A stretch of DNA of 64,000 nt from Candidatus Oxydemutatoraceae bacterium (GTDB lineage Bacteria > Pseudomonadota > Gammaproteobacteria > Poriferisulfidales > Oxydemutatoraceae), in contig OZ244779.1 in NCBI GenBank assembly GCA_965219575.1, positions 1,388,769 through 1,452,768 on the forward strand. The letters run 5' to 3'. Positions 30,971 to 41,676 of the stretch are shown one piece after another. Below the pieces are notes generated by a model. The model did no database searches, was not told the origin of the DNA, and was given only the letters and a program-made list of their open reading frames with translations. A program made the translations under genes and the position numbers. Position 1 is the first letter of the stretch; every line of letters starts with the position of its first letter.

Positions 30971-33211
30971 AATGGAATTATCGAGCGATATTCGTTTAGC
31001 TTTCGGCACCGACTTTTAATCGAACAAATGAAAAACAAAGACATAGCAAATTATGCGATGATTTTTGCATGGCTATTACGAGGCAAACAATGGTATCTTT
31101 ACCCGATGATATTGCTATTATTATCGGCGTGTGGCGATGCGGTGTGGAATAATCCGTACGGAGGTTCGATCGACAATACCTATTATTCCAGTTTTACCGA
31201 ACGTCCGAAGCATTTAGATCCGGCGCGCGCATACAGTAGTAACGAGTATGCGATTCTGGGGCAAATATACGAACCGGTGTTGCAATACCATTATCTAAAG
31301 CGACCCTATCAGCTCATCCCGCTAACCGCCAACCGGATGCCGACCCTATCTTATGTGGATACAGAAGGGTATCGCACCGATGAGAAGAACGCAGCCTATA
31401 TCGTCTACGATATAGAAATAAACCCGGGTATTTTGTTCCAGCCGCATCCGGCGTTTGTAGCTTCCGGCGACGATTATTTATATCATGCGATGTCCGACGA
31501 ACAGTTGACCGAGATAGAACGACTGGCGGACTTTCGCGAACAAGCGACGCGTGAATTAAAAGCCGCCGACTATGTTTATCAGATCAAACGACTGGCGGAC
31601 CCGGCGCGGTATTCTCCGATTGCAAGTATTTTGGCACAATACATTGTCGGCTTTCCGGAGTTCAGGGCGCGCATCGAGAGCGTGCGTAAAGACCTTGCGC
31701 GTGAGGCGTGGTTGGATTTGCGCAACGAGCAAATGGCAGGCGTAGAACTCATCGACGATTATCGGTATAGGATCACGGTGAGCAAGGATTATCCGCAATT
31801 CATCTATTGGCTTGCGATGCCGTTTTTTGCGGCGATGCCGTGGGAGGCCGATCGCTTTTATCATCAGCCGGGGCTCAAAGAACGCAATATCACGCTGGAT
31901 TGGTTTCCTATCGGTACGGGGGCTTTTATGATGACCGAGAATAACCCTAACTTGCGGATGACTCTGGTACGCAACCCCAATTTTAGAGCCGACTATTATC
32001 CCGCCGAAGGCGATATCGGGGACCGAGAACAAGGGCTTTTGGTTGACGCAAATAAACAACTGCCGTTTATCGATAAAGTGATCTATAGCTTGGAGAAAGA
32101 GAGTATTCCCTATTGGAATAAATTTTTACAGGGCTATTACGACAGTTCGGGCATCAGCACCGATAGCTTTGATCAAGCGATACAAATAGGCAAGCAGGGC
32201 GAACTGGATTTGACCGATTTTATGATCGATAAGGGTATCCGATTGTCGGTTTCTTACCAGCTATCCACTTATTACACAGGGTTCAATATGCTGGATCCGA
32301 TTGTCGGTGGTAGCGACGAGCGAGCTAGAAAGTTGCGGCAAGCACTCTCTATCGCCCTCAATATGGAAGAGTATATTTCTATTTTTCTAAACGGGCGTGG
32401 CTTATCGGCGCAAGGTCCGTTACCACCCGGTATGTTCGGCAATGTATCGGGTGCCGAAGGCATCAACCCTTATGTCTACGATTGGGTAGACGGGCAAGCT
32501 CGGCGCAAACCCATATCCGAAGCCAAGCGTTTATTGGCCGAAGCCGGTTACAGAGACGGCATAGATCAACAAACCCAAAAACCGTTGGTGATAAATTTCG
32601 ATACGGTCGGAACGGGACCCGACGCCAAAGCATTTCTGAATTGGACGCGCAAGCAATTCGATAATCTAGGCGTGCAGTTGGTGATACGCAACACCGACTA
32701 TAATCGTTTTCAAGACAAGCTGAACAAAGGCACCACACAAGTGTTTCGCTTGGGATGGAATGCCGATTATCCCGACCCGGAGAATTTTTTCTTTTTGTTT
32801 TACGGTCCCAACGGGAAAGTTTCCAACCAAGGCGCAAACTATTCCAACTATCAAAACTCACGCTTCGACGAGATGTTCGAGCGGATGCGCAGTTTGCCGA
32901 ACGGTGCCGAGAGACAAGTGTTGATAGACGAAATGCTGGAGCTCCTACGCTACGATGCACCGTGGATTTGGGGCATCCATCCCAAATCTTTCGCACTGTA
33001 CCACGACTGGTTGGGCAACGTAAAACCGAATCAGTTGGCGCATAATAGACTAAAATACTTCAACATCAATAGCGAGCTGCGCGCACAAAACCAAGTACAA
33101 TGGAATCAACCGGAACTCGAACCGATTTTAATTTTCTTGTTGCTACTATTTATTGCTGTTTTGCCTGCCTTTTATATCTATAAAAAACGACAACGAGCGG
33201 TTGCGTTATGA
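30953..33211 (+). CDS. Peptide/nickel-type ABC transporter substrate-binding protein (family 5); true start probably downstream of 30953
   Basis: LSAC lipobox, PKHLDPA, PIGTGAF, GWNADYPDPENF; C-terminal hydrophobic segment. Confidence 0.85.
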   Translation: MTGICKNGIIERYSFSFRHRLLIEQMKNKDIANYAMIFAWLLRGKQWYLYPMILLLLSACGDAVWNNPYGGSIDNTYYSSFTERPKHLDPARAYSSNEYAILGQIYEPVLQYHYLKRPYQLIPLTANRMPTLSYVDTEGYRTDEKNAAYIVYDIEINPGILFQPHPAFVASGDDYLYHAMSDEQLTEIERLADFREQATRELKAADYVYQIKRLADPARYSPIASILAQYIVGFPEFRARIESVRKDLAREAWLDLRNEQMAGVELIDDYRYRITVSKDYPQFIYWLAMPFFAAMPWEADRFYHQPGLKERNITLDWFPIGTGAFMMTENNPNLRMTLVRNPNFRADYYPAEGDIGDREQGLLVDANKQLPFIDKVIYSLEKESIPYWNKFLQGYYDSSGISTDSFDQAIQIGKQGELDLTDFMIDKGIRLSVSYQLSTYYTGFNMLDPIVGGSDERARKLRQALSIALNMEEYISIFLNGRGLSAQGPLPPGMFGNVSGAEGINPYVYDWVDGQARRKPISEAKRLLAEAGYRDGIDQQTQKPLVINFDTVGTGPDAKAFLNWTRKQFDNLGVQLVIRNTDYNRFQDKLNKGTTQVFRLGWNADYPDPENFFFLFYGPNGKVSNQGANYSNYQNSRFDEMFERMRSLPNGAERQVLIDEMLELLRYDAPWIWGIHPKSFALYHDWLGNVKPNQLAHNRLKYFNINSELRAQNQVQWNQPELEPILIFLLLLFIAVLPAFYIYKKRQRAVAL

Positions 33212-34185
33212 TTAACTATTTGTTTCGTCGTATCGTTTATGCGATACCTATTCTGATAGGAGTAAACTTGCTAACCTTTGCGTTGTTTTTCGTCGTCAAC
33301 ACACCCGACGACATTGCGCGCATGCACTTGGGTGATCGCTATGTCACACAAGAACAGATAGATTTTTGGAAAAGCGAGCGTGGCTACGATAAACCTTTGT
33401 TATATAACGGCGAACGGCAAGGCCTCGATGCGCTAACCGATACCATCTTTTATATAAAATCGGTACGCCTGTTTGCATTTGATTTCGGTCCTTCGGACAG
33501 CGGGCGTAACATCGGCCACGATATCAAGCAACGCATGTGGCCGAGCTTGGCAATCGCCGTGCCGACTTTGCTGATCGGTTTGCTGGTCAATATCAGCTTT
33601 GCACTGTTCATGGTATTTTTCAGAGCAACATATGTTGATTTCGGTTCGGTCGTATTGTGCGTCGTCTTGATGTCCATCTCGGCACTTTTTTATATCATCG
33701 CCGGACAATATCTGTTTGCCAAACTACTCAATCTGGTGCCTATATCGGGCTACGATACCGGTGTCGACGCAATCAAATTCGTCATACTGCCGGTGTTGAT
33801 CGGTGTCGTTGGCGGCATCGGGGCAGGCAGTCGCTGGTACCGTACGATATTCCTCGAGGAAATCTCCAAAGATTATGTCACTACCGCAAGAGCCAAAGGG
33901 CTGAACGATTTTTATATTTTGTTCAATCATGTGTTGCCGAATGCAATGATCCCGATACTCACCGGTATTGTCGTCATCTTGCCCTTGTTGTTTTTGGGGA
34001 GCTTGATTATAGAGTCGTTTTTCGGCATCCCGGGGCTAGGCAGCTATACCATAGATGCGATTGCCCGAGAAGATTTTGCGATCGTCAGGGCAATGGTCTT
34101 TTTGGGGTCGTTCCTATACATCATCGGTTTACTATTGACCGATATTTCCTATACACTGGTCGATCCTAGGGTGCGTTTAGAATGA
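33208..34185 (+). CDS. Peptide ABC permease (OppB/DppB-like)
   Basis: DYVTTARAKGL, IESFFGIPGLG, DPRVR. Confidence 0.9.
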   Translation: MINYLFRRIVYAIPILIGVNLLTFALFFVVNTPDDIARMHLGDRYVTQEQIDFWKSERGYDKPLLYNGERQGLDALTDTIFYIKSVRLFAFDFGPSDSGRNIGHDIKQRMWPSLAIAVPTLLIGLLVNISFALFMVFFRATYVDFGSVVLCVVLMSISALFYIIAGQYLFAKLLNLVPISGYDTGVDAIKFVILPVLIGVVGGIGAGSRWYRTIFLEEISKDYVTTARAKGLNDFYILFNHVLPNAMIPILTGIVVILPLLFLGSLIIESFFGIPGLGSYTIDAIAREDFAIVRAMVFLGSFLYIIGLLLTDISYTLVDPRVRLE

Positions 34186-35645
34186 TCAAGCCGGTTATTT
34201 TGTTGAGCGACGGGTTCTTCTTCGTATTGATCGCATTATTCATCGTATATTTTTATTATGCACGCACGCGCACCCATCTGCGAGCGATCTGGAGAAAACT
34301 CGCACGCAACAAAACCGCAATGATCTCCGCGGTGTTTCTGATGTTCTACTTTATGGTTGCGTTTCTAGACTCGCTGCATTTTCATAAAGCGTTGGATCAG
34401 CGAGGTGCGAACAACGAGGTTATTTATTCAAACGAGATCGTCAGTGTTTTGGATCAGATCTTACTACCGCTGCGCGAGCGCACCGAGAAAAGCTATTCGG
34501 CACCTTTTGCAACGCATGCGTATGTCAAAGAATTCTATATTGACGACGGAGCGACCCAGCAGCATTACCCGCGCCTTCGGCATGGCGGTGCACATTTGGA
34601 TGATCTCGAACAACTACAACCGCTCCACGCATGGATCCATAAACGTCTGCAGACTATGGAGCAGCAAAAGGCTTTTGATATCGGTGTGCGCCTCTTCAAA
34701 GGGATATTTTTCGGATTGCTATGCTTTCTTTTCATTTACTTACTGATTTGCTTTTTCTATGCCAGACATAGTGCCAAGCCTATAGAGCGGGTTGTGCCGA
34801 TGTTGATACACGATCATCATGAGTTGCCGTGGCGGGCGGTGATGATTACCCTGATGCTACTCGTTGTGACAATTTTTACGATTGCCTATACGAGTCACTA
34901 CTATTACGTACTAGGCACCGATAAGATCGGCTCGGATGTGTTGTATCAAGCAATCAAAAGTATACGCACCGGATTTTTAATCGGCACGCTGACAACGCTG
35001 ATAATGCTACCCTTTGCATTGGTGTTGGGAGTCTGCGCCGGCTATTTTCTGGGTAGAATAGACGATGTCATTCAATATCTTTACACAACGCTGAACTCGG
35101 TGCCGGGTGTGCTTCTGGTTGCTGCCGCAATTCTGATGCTCCATGTTTATATGGATCAAAACCCCGACCAATTTAATAATCTCACCGAACGCTCGGATTT
35201 GAGATTGCTGTTTCTGTGCGGCATCCTCGGCATTACCAGCTGGACCGGCTTATGCCGCTTGCTACGAGCCGAGACGCTGAAGATTAAAGAGATGAATTAT
35301 ATAGAAGCCGCACAAGTGTTGGGTATTCCGCAATGGCAATTGCTACTGCGCCATATTTTGCCGAATGTGATGCACATCGTGTTCATCACTATCGCACTGG
35401 ATTTTAGCGGCTTGGTGCTAGCCGAAACGGTGCTATCGTATATCAATATCGGCGTAGACCCGACGATGAATAGCTGGGGCAACATGATTAACAGTGCGCG
35501 TTTGGAGATGGCACGCGAGCCTATAGTCTGGTGGCCGTTGCTCGCTGCAATGCTCTTTTTATTCGGCTTGGTATTGTGTGCCAATCTCTTTGCCGACGGC
35601 GTTAGAGACGCTTTTGACCCTCGCTCCGCGGAGACCGCCAAATGA
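34182..35645 (+). CDS. Peptide ABC permease (OppC/DppC-like)
   Basis: LGTDKIGSD, YIEAAQVLG, RHILPN, SWGNMI, DAFDPR. Confidence 0.9.
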   Translation: MIKPVILLSDGFFFVLIALFIVYFYYARTRTHLRAIWRKLARNKTAMISAVFLMFYFMVAFLDSLHFHKALDQRGANNEVIYSNEIVSVLDQILLPLRERTEKSYSAPFATHAYVKEFYIDDGATQQHYPRLRHGGAHLDDLEQLQPLHAWIHKRLQTMEQQKAFDIGVRLFKGIFFGLLCFLFIYLLICFFYARHSAKPIERVVPMLIHDHHELPWRAVMITLMLLVVTIFTIAYTSHYYYVLGTDKIGSDVLYQAIKSIRTGFLIGTLTTLIMLPFALVLGVCAGYFLGRIDDVIQYLYTTLNSVPGVLLVAAAILMLHVYMDQNPDQFNNLTERSDLRLLFLCGILGITSWTGLCRLLRAETLKIKEMNYIEAAQVLGIPQWQLLLRHILPNVMHIVFITIALDFSGLVLAETVLSYINIGVDPTMNSWGNMINSARLEMAREPIVWWPLLAAMLFLFGLVLCANLFADGVRDAFDPRSAETAK

Positions 35646-37267
35646 AACCTTTGTTGCGTGTTCGTGATTTGACGATAAAAACCATAGACCCTGCACAAGG
35701 CGGTGTGCTGGTCGATAATATCAGCTTTGATATAGCCGAAGGGCAAAGCTTTGCGTTGTTGGGAGAATCGGGGTCGGGTAAATCGCTGACCGCATTGGCT
35801 TTGCTTCGTTTGCTGTCATCCAATTTGCAAATTAGTTCGGGTTCGGTAGAACTGAACGGCACCGACTTACTTAAACTGCCGGCATACCAAATGCGCTTTT
35901 ATCGCGCTGCCAAACTGGCGATGATCTTCCAAGAGCCGATGACCTCTTTTAATCCGGTGATGAAAATAGGTAAACAAATTTTAGAACCGCTGGCACTGCA
36001 TCGCAAGCAGAAGGGTGCTACGGCGCATCGGAGTGCATTAAAATTGTTTGAAGATGTCGGACTGCCGGATCCTGAGCGCGTGTTCCAATCGTACCCGCAT
36101 CAGTTATCGGGTGGCATGAAACAGCGGGCGATGATTGCGATGGCACTGGTTGCAAACCCCGCTTTATTGATTGCCGACGAACCGACAACCGCATTGGATG
36201 TTACGATACAAGCCCAGGTGCTCGAACTGTTGTGCGATATACAAAAACGCCGCGGCATGGCAATGCTGTTTATCTCTCATGATTTGTCGGTGGTCGCTAA
36301 TGTTGCCGAGCGTATCGCAGTGATGCGATACGGCAAGATACTGGAGGAAGCGAATGCCGATATATTCTTTAAGCAAGCGCGCCACGACTATACTCGTAGT
36401 CTTTATCAAATGCTACCCGACCAATCCAAGCGCGGTTATCTGTTAAACCCCGAAGGGCAACTACAAAAGCTCAACGGCAGTGGCAAAACTTCCGAGGGCA
36501 GGATAGAGGTTGACGATTTAGCCGTCCATTTCCAATTACGCAGCGGATTATTGAGGCAAATAAAACATACCGTAAAAGCCGTAGACGGTGTCTCGTTTAC
36601 GCTACGACGCGGAAAAACACTGGCATTGGTCGGTGAGTCGGGGAGCGGTAAAACCACCATTGCCAGAGCTTTGCTGGCTTTGAATAAACCCAGCCGTGGA
36701 AAAATCCATATTGCCGCCGATAGTGGAGCCCCCGAGCCCGTAAACGATATCAAAGCGCAGACGCAGATCGTATTCCAAGATCCGTTTTTTTCGCTGAACC
36801 CTAAGATGTCCGTTGCACAGATTCTAAGCGAAGCACTACTATGTAAAGGGTGCGATGACTTGAATGCCGAACTGAATAGATTGCTGGAGCAAGTCGGTTT
36901 AAGCGATGATTATCTAAGACGCTACCCGCATCAGCTGTCGGGCGGTCAACGCCAACGTATCTGCATCGCTAGATCGCTTGCCGCCAAGCCCGACTTCATT
37001 ATATGGGACGAGCCGACCAGTGCATTGGATGTGCTGGTGCAGGCGCAAATACTCAATTTATTACAAGAATTACAAATACAACTCAATCTAGGCTACCTGT
37101 TTATTACCCACGATATCTCTATCGTTGCCTATCTGGCACACGAAATTGCCGTTATTTATAAGGGAAAATTCATAGAATACGGGGATACCTTGAAAATTTT
37201 ATCAAAACCGAAGCATGCATACACCCAAGAATTATTGGCAGCCGTGCCTACGCTTTCCGTTGCTTGA
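35642..37267 (+). CDS. Peptide ABC ATP-binding protein with two fused ATPase domains
   Basis: Two GESGSGK Walker A motifs and two YPHQLSGG signatures. Confidence 0.9.
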   Translation: MKPLLRVRDLTIKTIDPAQGGVLVDNISFDIAEGQSFALLGESGSGKSLTALALLRLLSSNLQISSGSVELNGTDLLKLPAYQMRFYRAAKLAMIFQEPMTSFNPVMKIGKQILEPLALHRKQKGATAHRSALKLFEDVGLPDPERVFQSYPHQLSGGMKQRAMIAMALVANPALLIADEPTTALDVTIQAQVLELLCDIQKRRGMAMLFISHDLSVVANVAERIAVMRYGKILEEANADIFFKQARHDYTRSLYQMLPDQSKRGYLLNPEGQLQKLNGSGKTSEGRIEVDDLAVHFQLRSGLLRQIKHTVKAVDGVSFTLRRGKTLALVGESGSGKTTIARALLALNKPSRGKIHIAADSGAPEPVNDIKAQTQIVFQDPFFSLNPKMSVAQILSEALLCKGCDDLNAELNRLLEQVGLSDDYLRRYPHQLSGGQRQRICIARSLAAKPDFIIWDEPTSALDVLVQAQILNLLQELQIQLNLGYLFITHDISIVAYLAHEIAVIYKGKFIEYGDTLKILSKPKHAYTQELLAAVPTLSVA

Positions 37268-37277
37268 CCATATGGAT

Positions 37278-37544
37278 CTGTTGAAAAAGTGCCGTTCTGC
37301 ACGAACTCAACCGCTATGCGCTGCATAATTATCCAAACCACCTGTAGGGGCGGACTGGCATGTCCGCCCTAGAGTGCCGTTCTGCACAGCCGTAACCGCT
37401 TGCGCCGTATGGTTTTGGTTTCCATAAATCGGGTGAATGAATGTATAAATCGTGCCGACAAACGCGTCACGGGCGGACATGTCGTAGGGGCGGACTTACA
37501 TGTCCGCCCGCCCCTACATTGTATGAAATACTTTTTCAACAGCC
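37278..37544. repeat. REP-containing MITE-like repeat copy
   Basis: CTGTTGAAAAAGT...ACTTTTTCAACAG terminal inverted repeats; internal GTAGGGGCGGAC-N6-GTCCGCCC hairpins. Confidence 0.85.
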
Positions 37545-37625
37545 TAGTCATATCTGCAAAAGTCTATTCATCAAGCCAATTTGAGACAACCACTATGACG
37601 ATAAAACCATTTTTTCATCAGCCTC

Positions 37626-38378
37626 ATGCTTAACTTTAAGAAAAAACGTATCGAAAGAACACCATCGCAAAACTCTTTATTATTGGACGAGTGGTATCAA
37701 AGCGATGTCAATAGAAAGCTATGGATGGAAACCGAACCGGCACTACAGCCTTGGTTAGAGAGAACGATGGGCTATTACGCAGCGCATATTGCATCCTTTC
37801 AAGTCGGTGACGAGTTATTATCGTGTAGTCGCGTGCGCACTAAGTGTATTGTCAATGCAACTAGGTACTCCGACACCGGTATACTCGCCGATTTCACATC
37901 TCTACCGCTCGATACCGAAAGCATGGATTTGATCATCGCACACCATATATTTGAATTCATCTCGCAGCCGCACGAGTTTTTGCGCGAGGTTGATAGAGTG
38001 CTAATCTCCGAAGGGTTACTTATAATAATCTGTTTTAATCCGATAAGTTATCAAGGTTTATTCAAACTGTTTCAATTACACGGACGAGCCAATCCACCGT
38101 GGTGTGGCAACTTCTATACGCCTTTTCGAGTAAAAGACTGGCTCTCGGTGCTGGGCTTTAAGGTAAAAGAATTACGCTATTTTGCTCCCCCGCTGATCCG
38201 ATACAAAAACCACCCCGGTTATGCAGGCAAAATCTCGCGAGGTTGCAAGCGTTTTATGAAATGGGGTAGCTCTTTTTATGCAATACTCGCAGTAAAACAA
38301 GTCTCGCGTTTGATACCGCTAGGTCCGGTATGGAAAGACCGAATAATAAAGCCCGAAGCACCGCAACCGACCGCTTGA
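37626..38378 (+). CDS. SAM-dependent methyltransferase, YafS-like
   Basis: LPLDTESMDLII, PHEFLREVDRVL, CFNPIS, RVKDWLSVLGF; upstream of rnhA. Confidence 0.75.
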   Translation: MLNFKKKRIERTPSQNSLLLDEWYQSDVNRKLWMETEPALQPWLERTMGYYAAHIASFQVGDELLSCSRVRTKCIVNATRYSDTGILADFTSLPLDTESMDLIIAHHIFEFISQPHEFLREVDRVLISEGLLIIICFNPISYQGLFKLFQLHGRANPPWCGNFYTPFRVKDWLSVLGFKVKELRYFAPPLIRYKNHPGYAGKISRGCKRFMKWGSSFYAILAVKQVSRLIPLGPVWKDRIIKPEAPQPTA

Positions 38379-38388
38379 GGAAGCTGTC

Positions 38389-38844
38389 ATGCCGGACATG
38401 ATGCCTATCTATGTCTATACCGACGGCGCATGTCGAGGCAACCCCGGGCCGGGCGGTTGGGCAGCGATATTGATCTACGGAACACATGAAAAAGTACTCT
38501 GCGGCGGAGAACATCACACCACGAATAACCGCATGGAACTCACCGCCGCAATACGAGGCCTCTCGGCAATCAAGCCGGAAAAACTCAAAAGTAAGAAACA
38601 TATCGTCTATCTCATAACCGACTCGCTCTACCTCAAAAACGGCATAGAGATATGGATTGCCAACTGGAAGCAAAACAACTGGCGAACGATAAGCAAAAAG
38701 GTAGTCAAAAACCAAGACCTATGGAAAGAGCTAGACCACCTGAACACACTAATGCAAATCAACTGGCAATGGGTCAGAGGCCACAGCGGCTATGCAGAGA
38801 ACGAACGCGCCGACCAACTCGCAAAAGATAGCATCCCCTCGTAG
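38389..38844 (+). CDS. rnhA: Ribonuclease HI
   Basis: YTDGACRGNPGPGGW, TTNNRMELTA, VKNQDLW, WVRGHSG..ENERADQLA. Confidence 0.97.
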   Translation: MPDMMPIYVYTDGACRGNPGPGGWAAILIYGTHEKVLCGGEHHTTNNRMELTAAIRGLSAIKPEKLKSKKHIVYLITDSLYLKNGIEIWIANWKQNNWRTISKKVVKNQDLWKELDHLNTLMQINWQWVRGHSGYAENERADQLAKDSIPS

Positions 38845-38946
38845 AGCAACATTTCGTGTAGAGGCGTGGTCGCAGCATATCTGCACCAGTCAATTCCCAT
38901 TATTGTAGAGGCAGCAGGCTTCACCTGACCGGGTGGTCGCTGCATG

Positions 38947-39152
38947 GGACTGTTGAAAAAATACTGTTCTGCAAAACCGTAACCGCTTGCGCCGCATAAT
39001 TATCCAACCCACCTGTAGGGGCGGACTAACATGTCCGCCCGTAACGCGTTGTGCCTACACGATTTATACATTCATCCATCCAATTTATGGAAACCAAAAC
39101 AAAATGGCGCAAGTGATTAGATTCGTACGATGCCGCACTTTTTCAACAGCCC
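38947..39152. repeat. REP-containing MITE-like repeat copy
   Basis: CTGTTGAAAAA...TTTTTCAACAGCCC termini; GTAGGGGCGGACTAACATGTCCGCCC hairpin. Confidence 0.85.
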
Positions 39153-39311
39153 GTAAGGGTCTGCACAGTTGCAACAAGTAGCGACTCAACCACCTCATAT
39201 TACCCCAACATACCGTTTATCGGATATTTACTACTGTTCATCCATTTGTCTAAAAACACCTCAAGTATTCGCTCAAACTACAGGTTTTAACTAAAACTTG
39301 CAGGAGATTTC

Positions 39312-40235
39312 ATGGCAAAAAAAACTCAATCTAAATACTTAGCACTGACAGAAGACATTTCCTTCAAGCGATACTTCTCAAGCAGTAAGCAATTACTATT
39401 CTCGCTACTTAAGAGCTTCCTGCCGATCTCCGATCGTGCCTCGGGTATGGTGATACTCAACCCCGACATACTAGACACCGCATCCGCTACCACCAATCAA
39501 CCCGGTCAATCGGACGATAAGCTACATCTGCAAGACAGTGCTATCCCACCGGACACACCGGATGGCAAACAAGTAGTGCTAGACCTCCATGTCGAATTAA
39601 ATAGCGGTGAGCATGTGGACATAGAGATGCAAAGCCACCCGCATAAAGATTTCTTGTTTAGAATGTTAGCCTACTGGGTGCGGTTGCATAATCAATCCTT
39701 AAAGCGCGGACAGAAGACCAAAGAAAATAAACCGACCTACTCACTAATATTTACCAAGTTCAGCGTGCTTAGCAAAGCCGAGAGAGACTATATCAAAAAG
39801 GCGAACATCAATTTCGAAGGCTATCAGGATAGAGCACTTTACTGGGGGTTTAAGATGTTTTTCGTGGAATTGAATAGGTTCAATAAGAGCCACCTTGAAC
39901 TAGTTGATATGGCAGACAGGTGGTGCTATATTATGAAGCATTCGGCGGACTTGACAGCCGAACAAGTAGCGTATTTATCACAACATGGAGAGACGAAGAT
40001 GGCATTAGAACATTTAGAGGAAGTATCCAAAGAAAAGAGGGAGTATTGGAAGGCTGCATCTCGAGAGAGACGCGAGTGGGAGCATGAGATGAGAAAGCAA
40101 GGACTAATAGAAGAAGGCATAGAAAAAGGACATCGAGAAATCGCTTTGAACATGTTGCAAAAGGGTTTAGAGGTCTCGTTGATTTCCGAAGTCACAGGTT
40201 TATCCGTTGCCGAGATTAAACAGCTAAAAAGATAG
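39312..40235 (+). CDS. Rpn family / PD-(D/E)XK nuclease (PDDEXK_2 type)
   Basis: DISFKRYF, LDLHVEL....VDIEMQ, RM..YW; C-terminal EGIEKG..EIALNMLQKG...ISEVTGLS..EI. Confidence 0.85.
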   Translation: MAKKTQSKYLALTEDISFKRYFSSSKQLLFSLLKSFLPISDRASGMVILNPDILDTASATTNQPGQSDDKLHLQDSAIPPDTPDGKQVVLDLHVELNSGEHVDIEMQSHPHKDFLFRMLAYWVRLHNQSLKRGQKTKENKPTYSLIFTKFSVLSKAERDYIKKANINFEGYQDRALYWGFKMFFVELNRFNKSHLELVDMADRWCYIMKHSADLTAEQVAYLSQHGETKMALEHLEEVSKEKREYWKAASRERREWEHEMRKQGLIEEGIEKGHREIALNMLQKGLEVSLISEVTGLSVAEIKQLKR

Positions 40236-40435
40236 AACTGAACCACAAGTACGATACTGGTACATTCCTCTCCCGTAGAGGGGTGTCAGGCATAGCCTGA
40301 CGGGGTGGTCGCTAAAGAGGGCTGTTGAAAAAGTATTTCATAAAATGTAGGGGCGGACTAGCATGATGCCTTATTAAAAATCAAGTCATTTTATTCATTT
40401 TTTATCTCCGTTTTATATTTTTCCTGAGTATCGAT

Positions 40436-41422
40436 TTAGGACGCAGATGCGCAACAATAATTCGGGTCAAACGGCTTCCTGTATCTGAGTATCCCGTAAA
40501 TAATACGTGCCAGCTTATGGGCGCAAGCAACAATAATCTGCTTTTTAGTTAACTCCGGACGCCGCCGACTTAATTGGTCGGCAAAGGCACGGATGATTGG
40601 GTTATGAACCCGTGCCGAGAGTGCCGCCATAAACAGCAGGGTGCGCAGTTCGGCATCGCCCATTTTAGAGATATGCGCCTTCGCCTCGTAGTTGCCGGAC
40701 TGCCGGCGCCTTGGGTTGAGACCGACATAGACTGCGAATTGCTCTGCGTTATCAAATGTCTTATCATTGAAAACAGCACACAGGGCAATCGCTGTCTGAG
40801 TGCCGATGCCGGTAATGGAACACAGCAACTGCTCAAGCTCTGCGAGTTGCTCGTCTTGAGCGATAATTTGCTCCATTTCGGCATCCTGCTTAGCAATCTG
40901 TTTGTCAAAGTATCTCAGGTTCTCAGCTGCTCGTTTTTTTTGCCTTGCATCGCATAAGGTTTTCATACAATTACTTAACCCGGTATGATCTTTGACTAAT
41001 TGCCTGCGCACTTTTCGTGCATCTCTCAAGGCGAGTGCAGTCGGCGACGGCATTTGCCAATCTTTACCGTCAACAGCGAATGCGAACAGTGCGATGAGCC
41101 GCGCATCATCGCGATCGGTTTTATTGTGCATACCAAGCGATTGGCGGAAGCTGGCAACCTGCGCCGGTTTGACAATCCTAATCGGATGTTGCGCCAGATA
41201 GCCGGCTTTGCACAGGGCGAACTCAAAACCGCCGGTGGCTTCAACACAGATGCGACAGTGCGGTGCGCAGTGTTTGCTAGCCCAAGCTAACAGCTGCTTA
41301 ATGCCTTTAGCATCATTGCTAAATTGTGCCTCGGCAAAACTATTATCGGTGAATAATAGAGCGGCCTCTAAAGTGTCTTTAGAGACATCCACGCCGATTA
41401 TGGCAGGGTGTTTGTTTTCCAT
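40436..41422 (-). CDS. IS110 DEDD recombinase/transposase
   Basis: IGVDVSKD, VEATG, KTDRDDA (DEDD); SITGIG, GLNP..RQSG (catalytic Ser region), VACAHKL; GGAGG RBS before ATG at 41422. Confidence 0.95.
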   Translation of the reverse strand: MENKHPAIIGVDVSKDTLEAALLFTDNSFAEAQFSNDAKGIKQLLAWASKHCAPHCRICVEATGGFEFALCKAGYLAQHPIRIVKPAQVASFRQSLGMHNKTDRDDARLIALFAFAVDGKDWQMPSPTALALRDARKVRRQLVKDHTGLSNCMKTLCDARQKKRAAENLRYFDKQIAKQDAEMEQIIAQDEQLAELEQLLCSITGIGTQTAIALCAVFNDKTFDNAEQFAVYVGLNPRRRQSGNYEAKAHISKMGDAELRTLLFMAALSARVHNPIIRAFADQLSRRRPELTKKQIIVACAHKLARIIYGILRYRKPFDPNYCCASAS

Positions 41423-41479
41423 AATAATATCCTCCATTATGGTTGTTCAGTGAATAAAATACTCGGTAGCCAGTTCAGG

Positions 41480-41676
41480 AAAGTATGACTACGCCGCCCA
41501 CACAGGTAAATACGAGATCTAAAGTCTCAAGCTGCCTTCCGAGCTCTATAGTCATAGCGCCGGAGGAGTGCTTTTCATGCTAACAGGCTTTAATGCCTCG
41601 TCCGTCCTGCGGCGTGTCTCCTCCGACTTCCTAGGTACTGCAACTACCTAAGCATTTATCTTATATAAATAAGCTA
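41480..41676 (-). ncRNA. Predicted IS110 bridge RNA (5' hairpins, target-binding loop, donor-binding loop); ends approximate
   Basis: Stem CGGAGGAG/CTCCTCCG encloses guides matching the REP target; stem TATGACTA/TAGTCATA encloses guides matching the donor junction. Confidence 0.85.

Noticed and set aside
39312-40235. Rpn gene as the transposase mobilising the MITE family
   Set aside because: It lies outside the repeat termini, and the 'transposase' label for this PD-(D/E)XK family is not supported by anything visible in the sequence.
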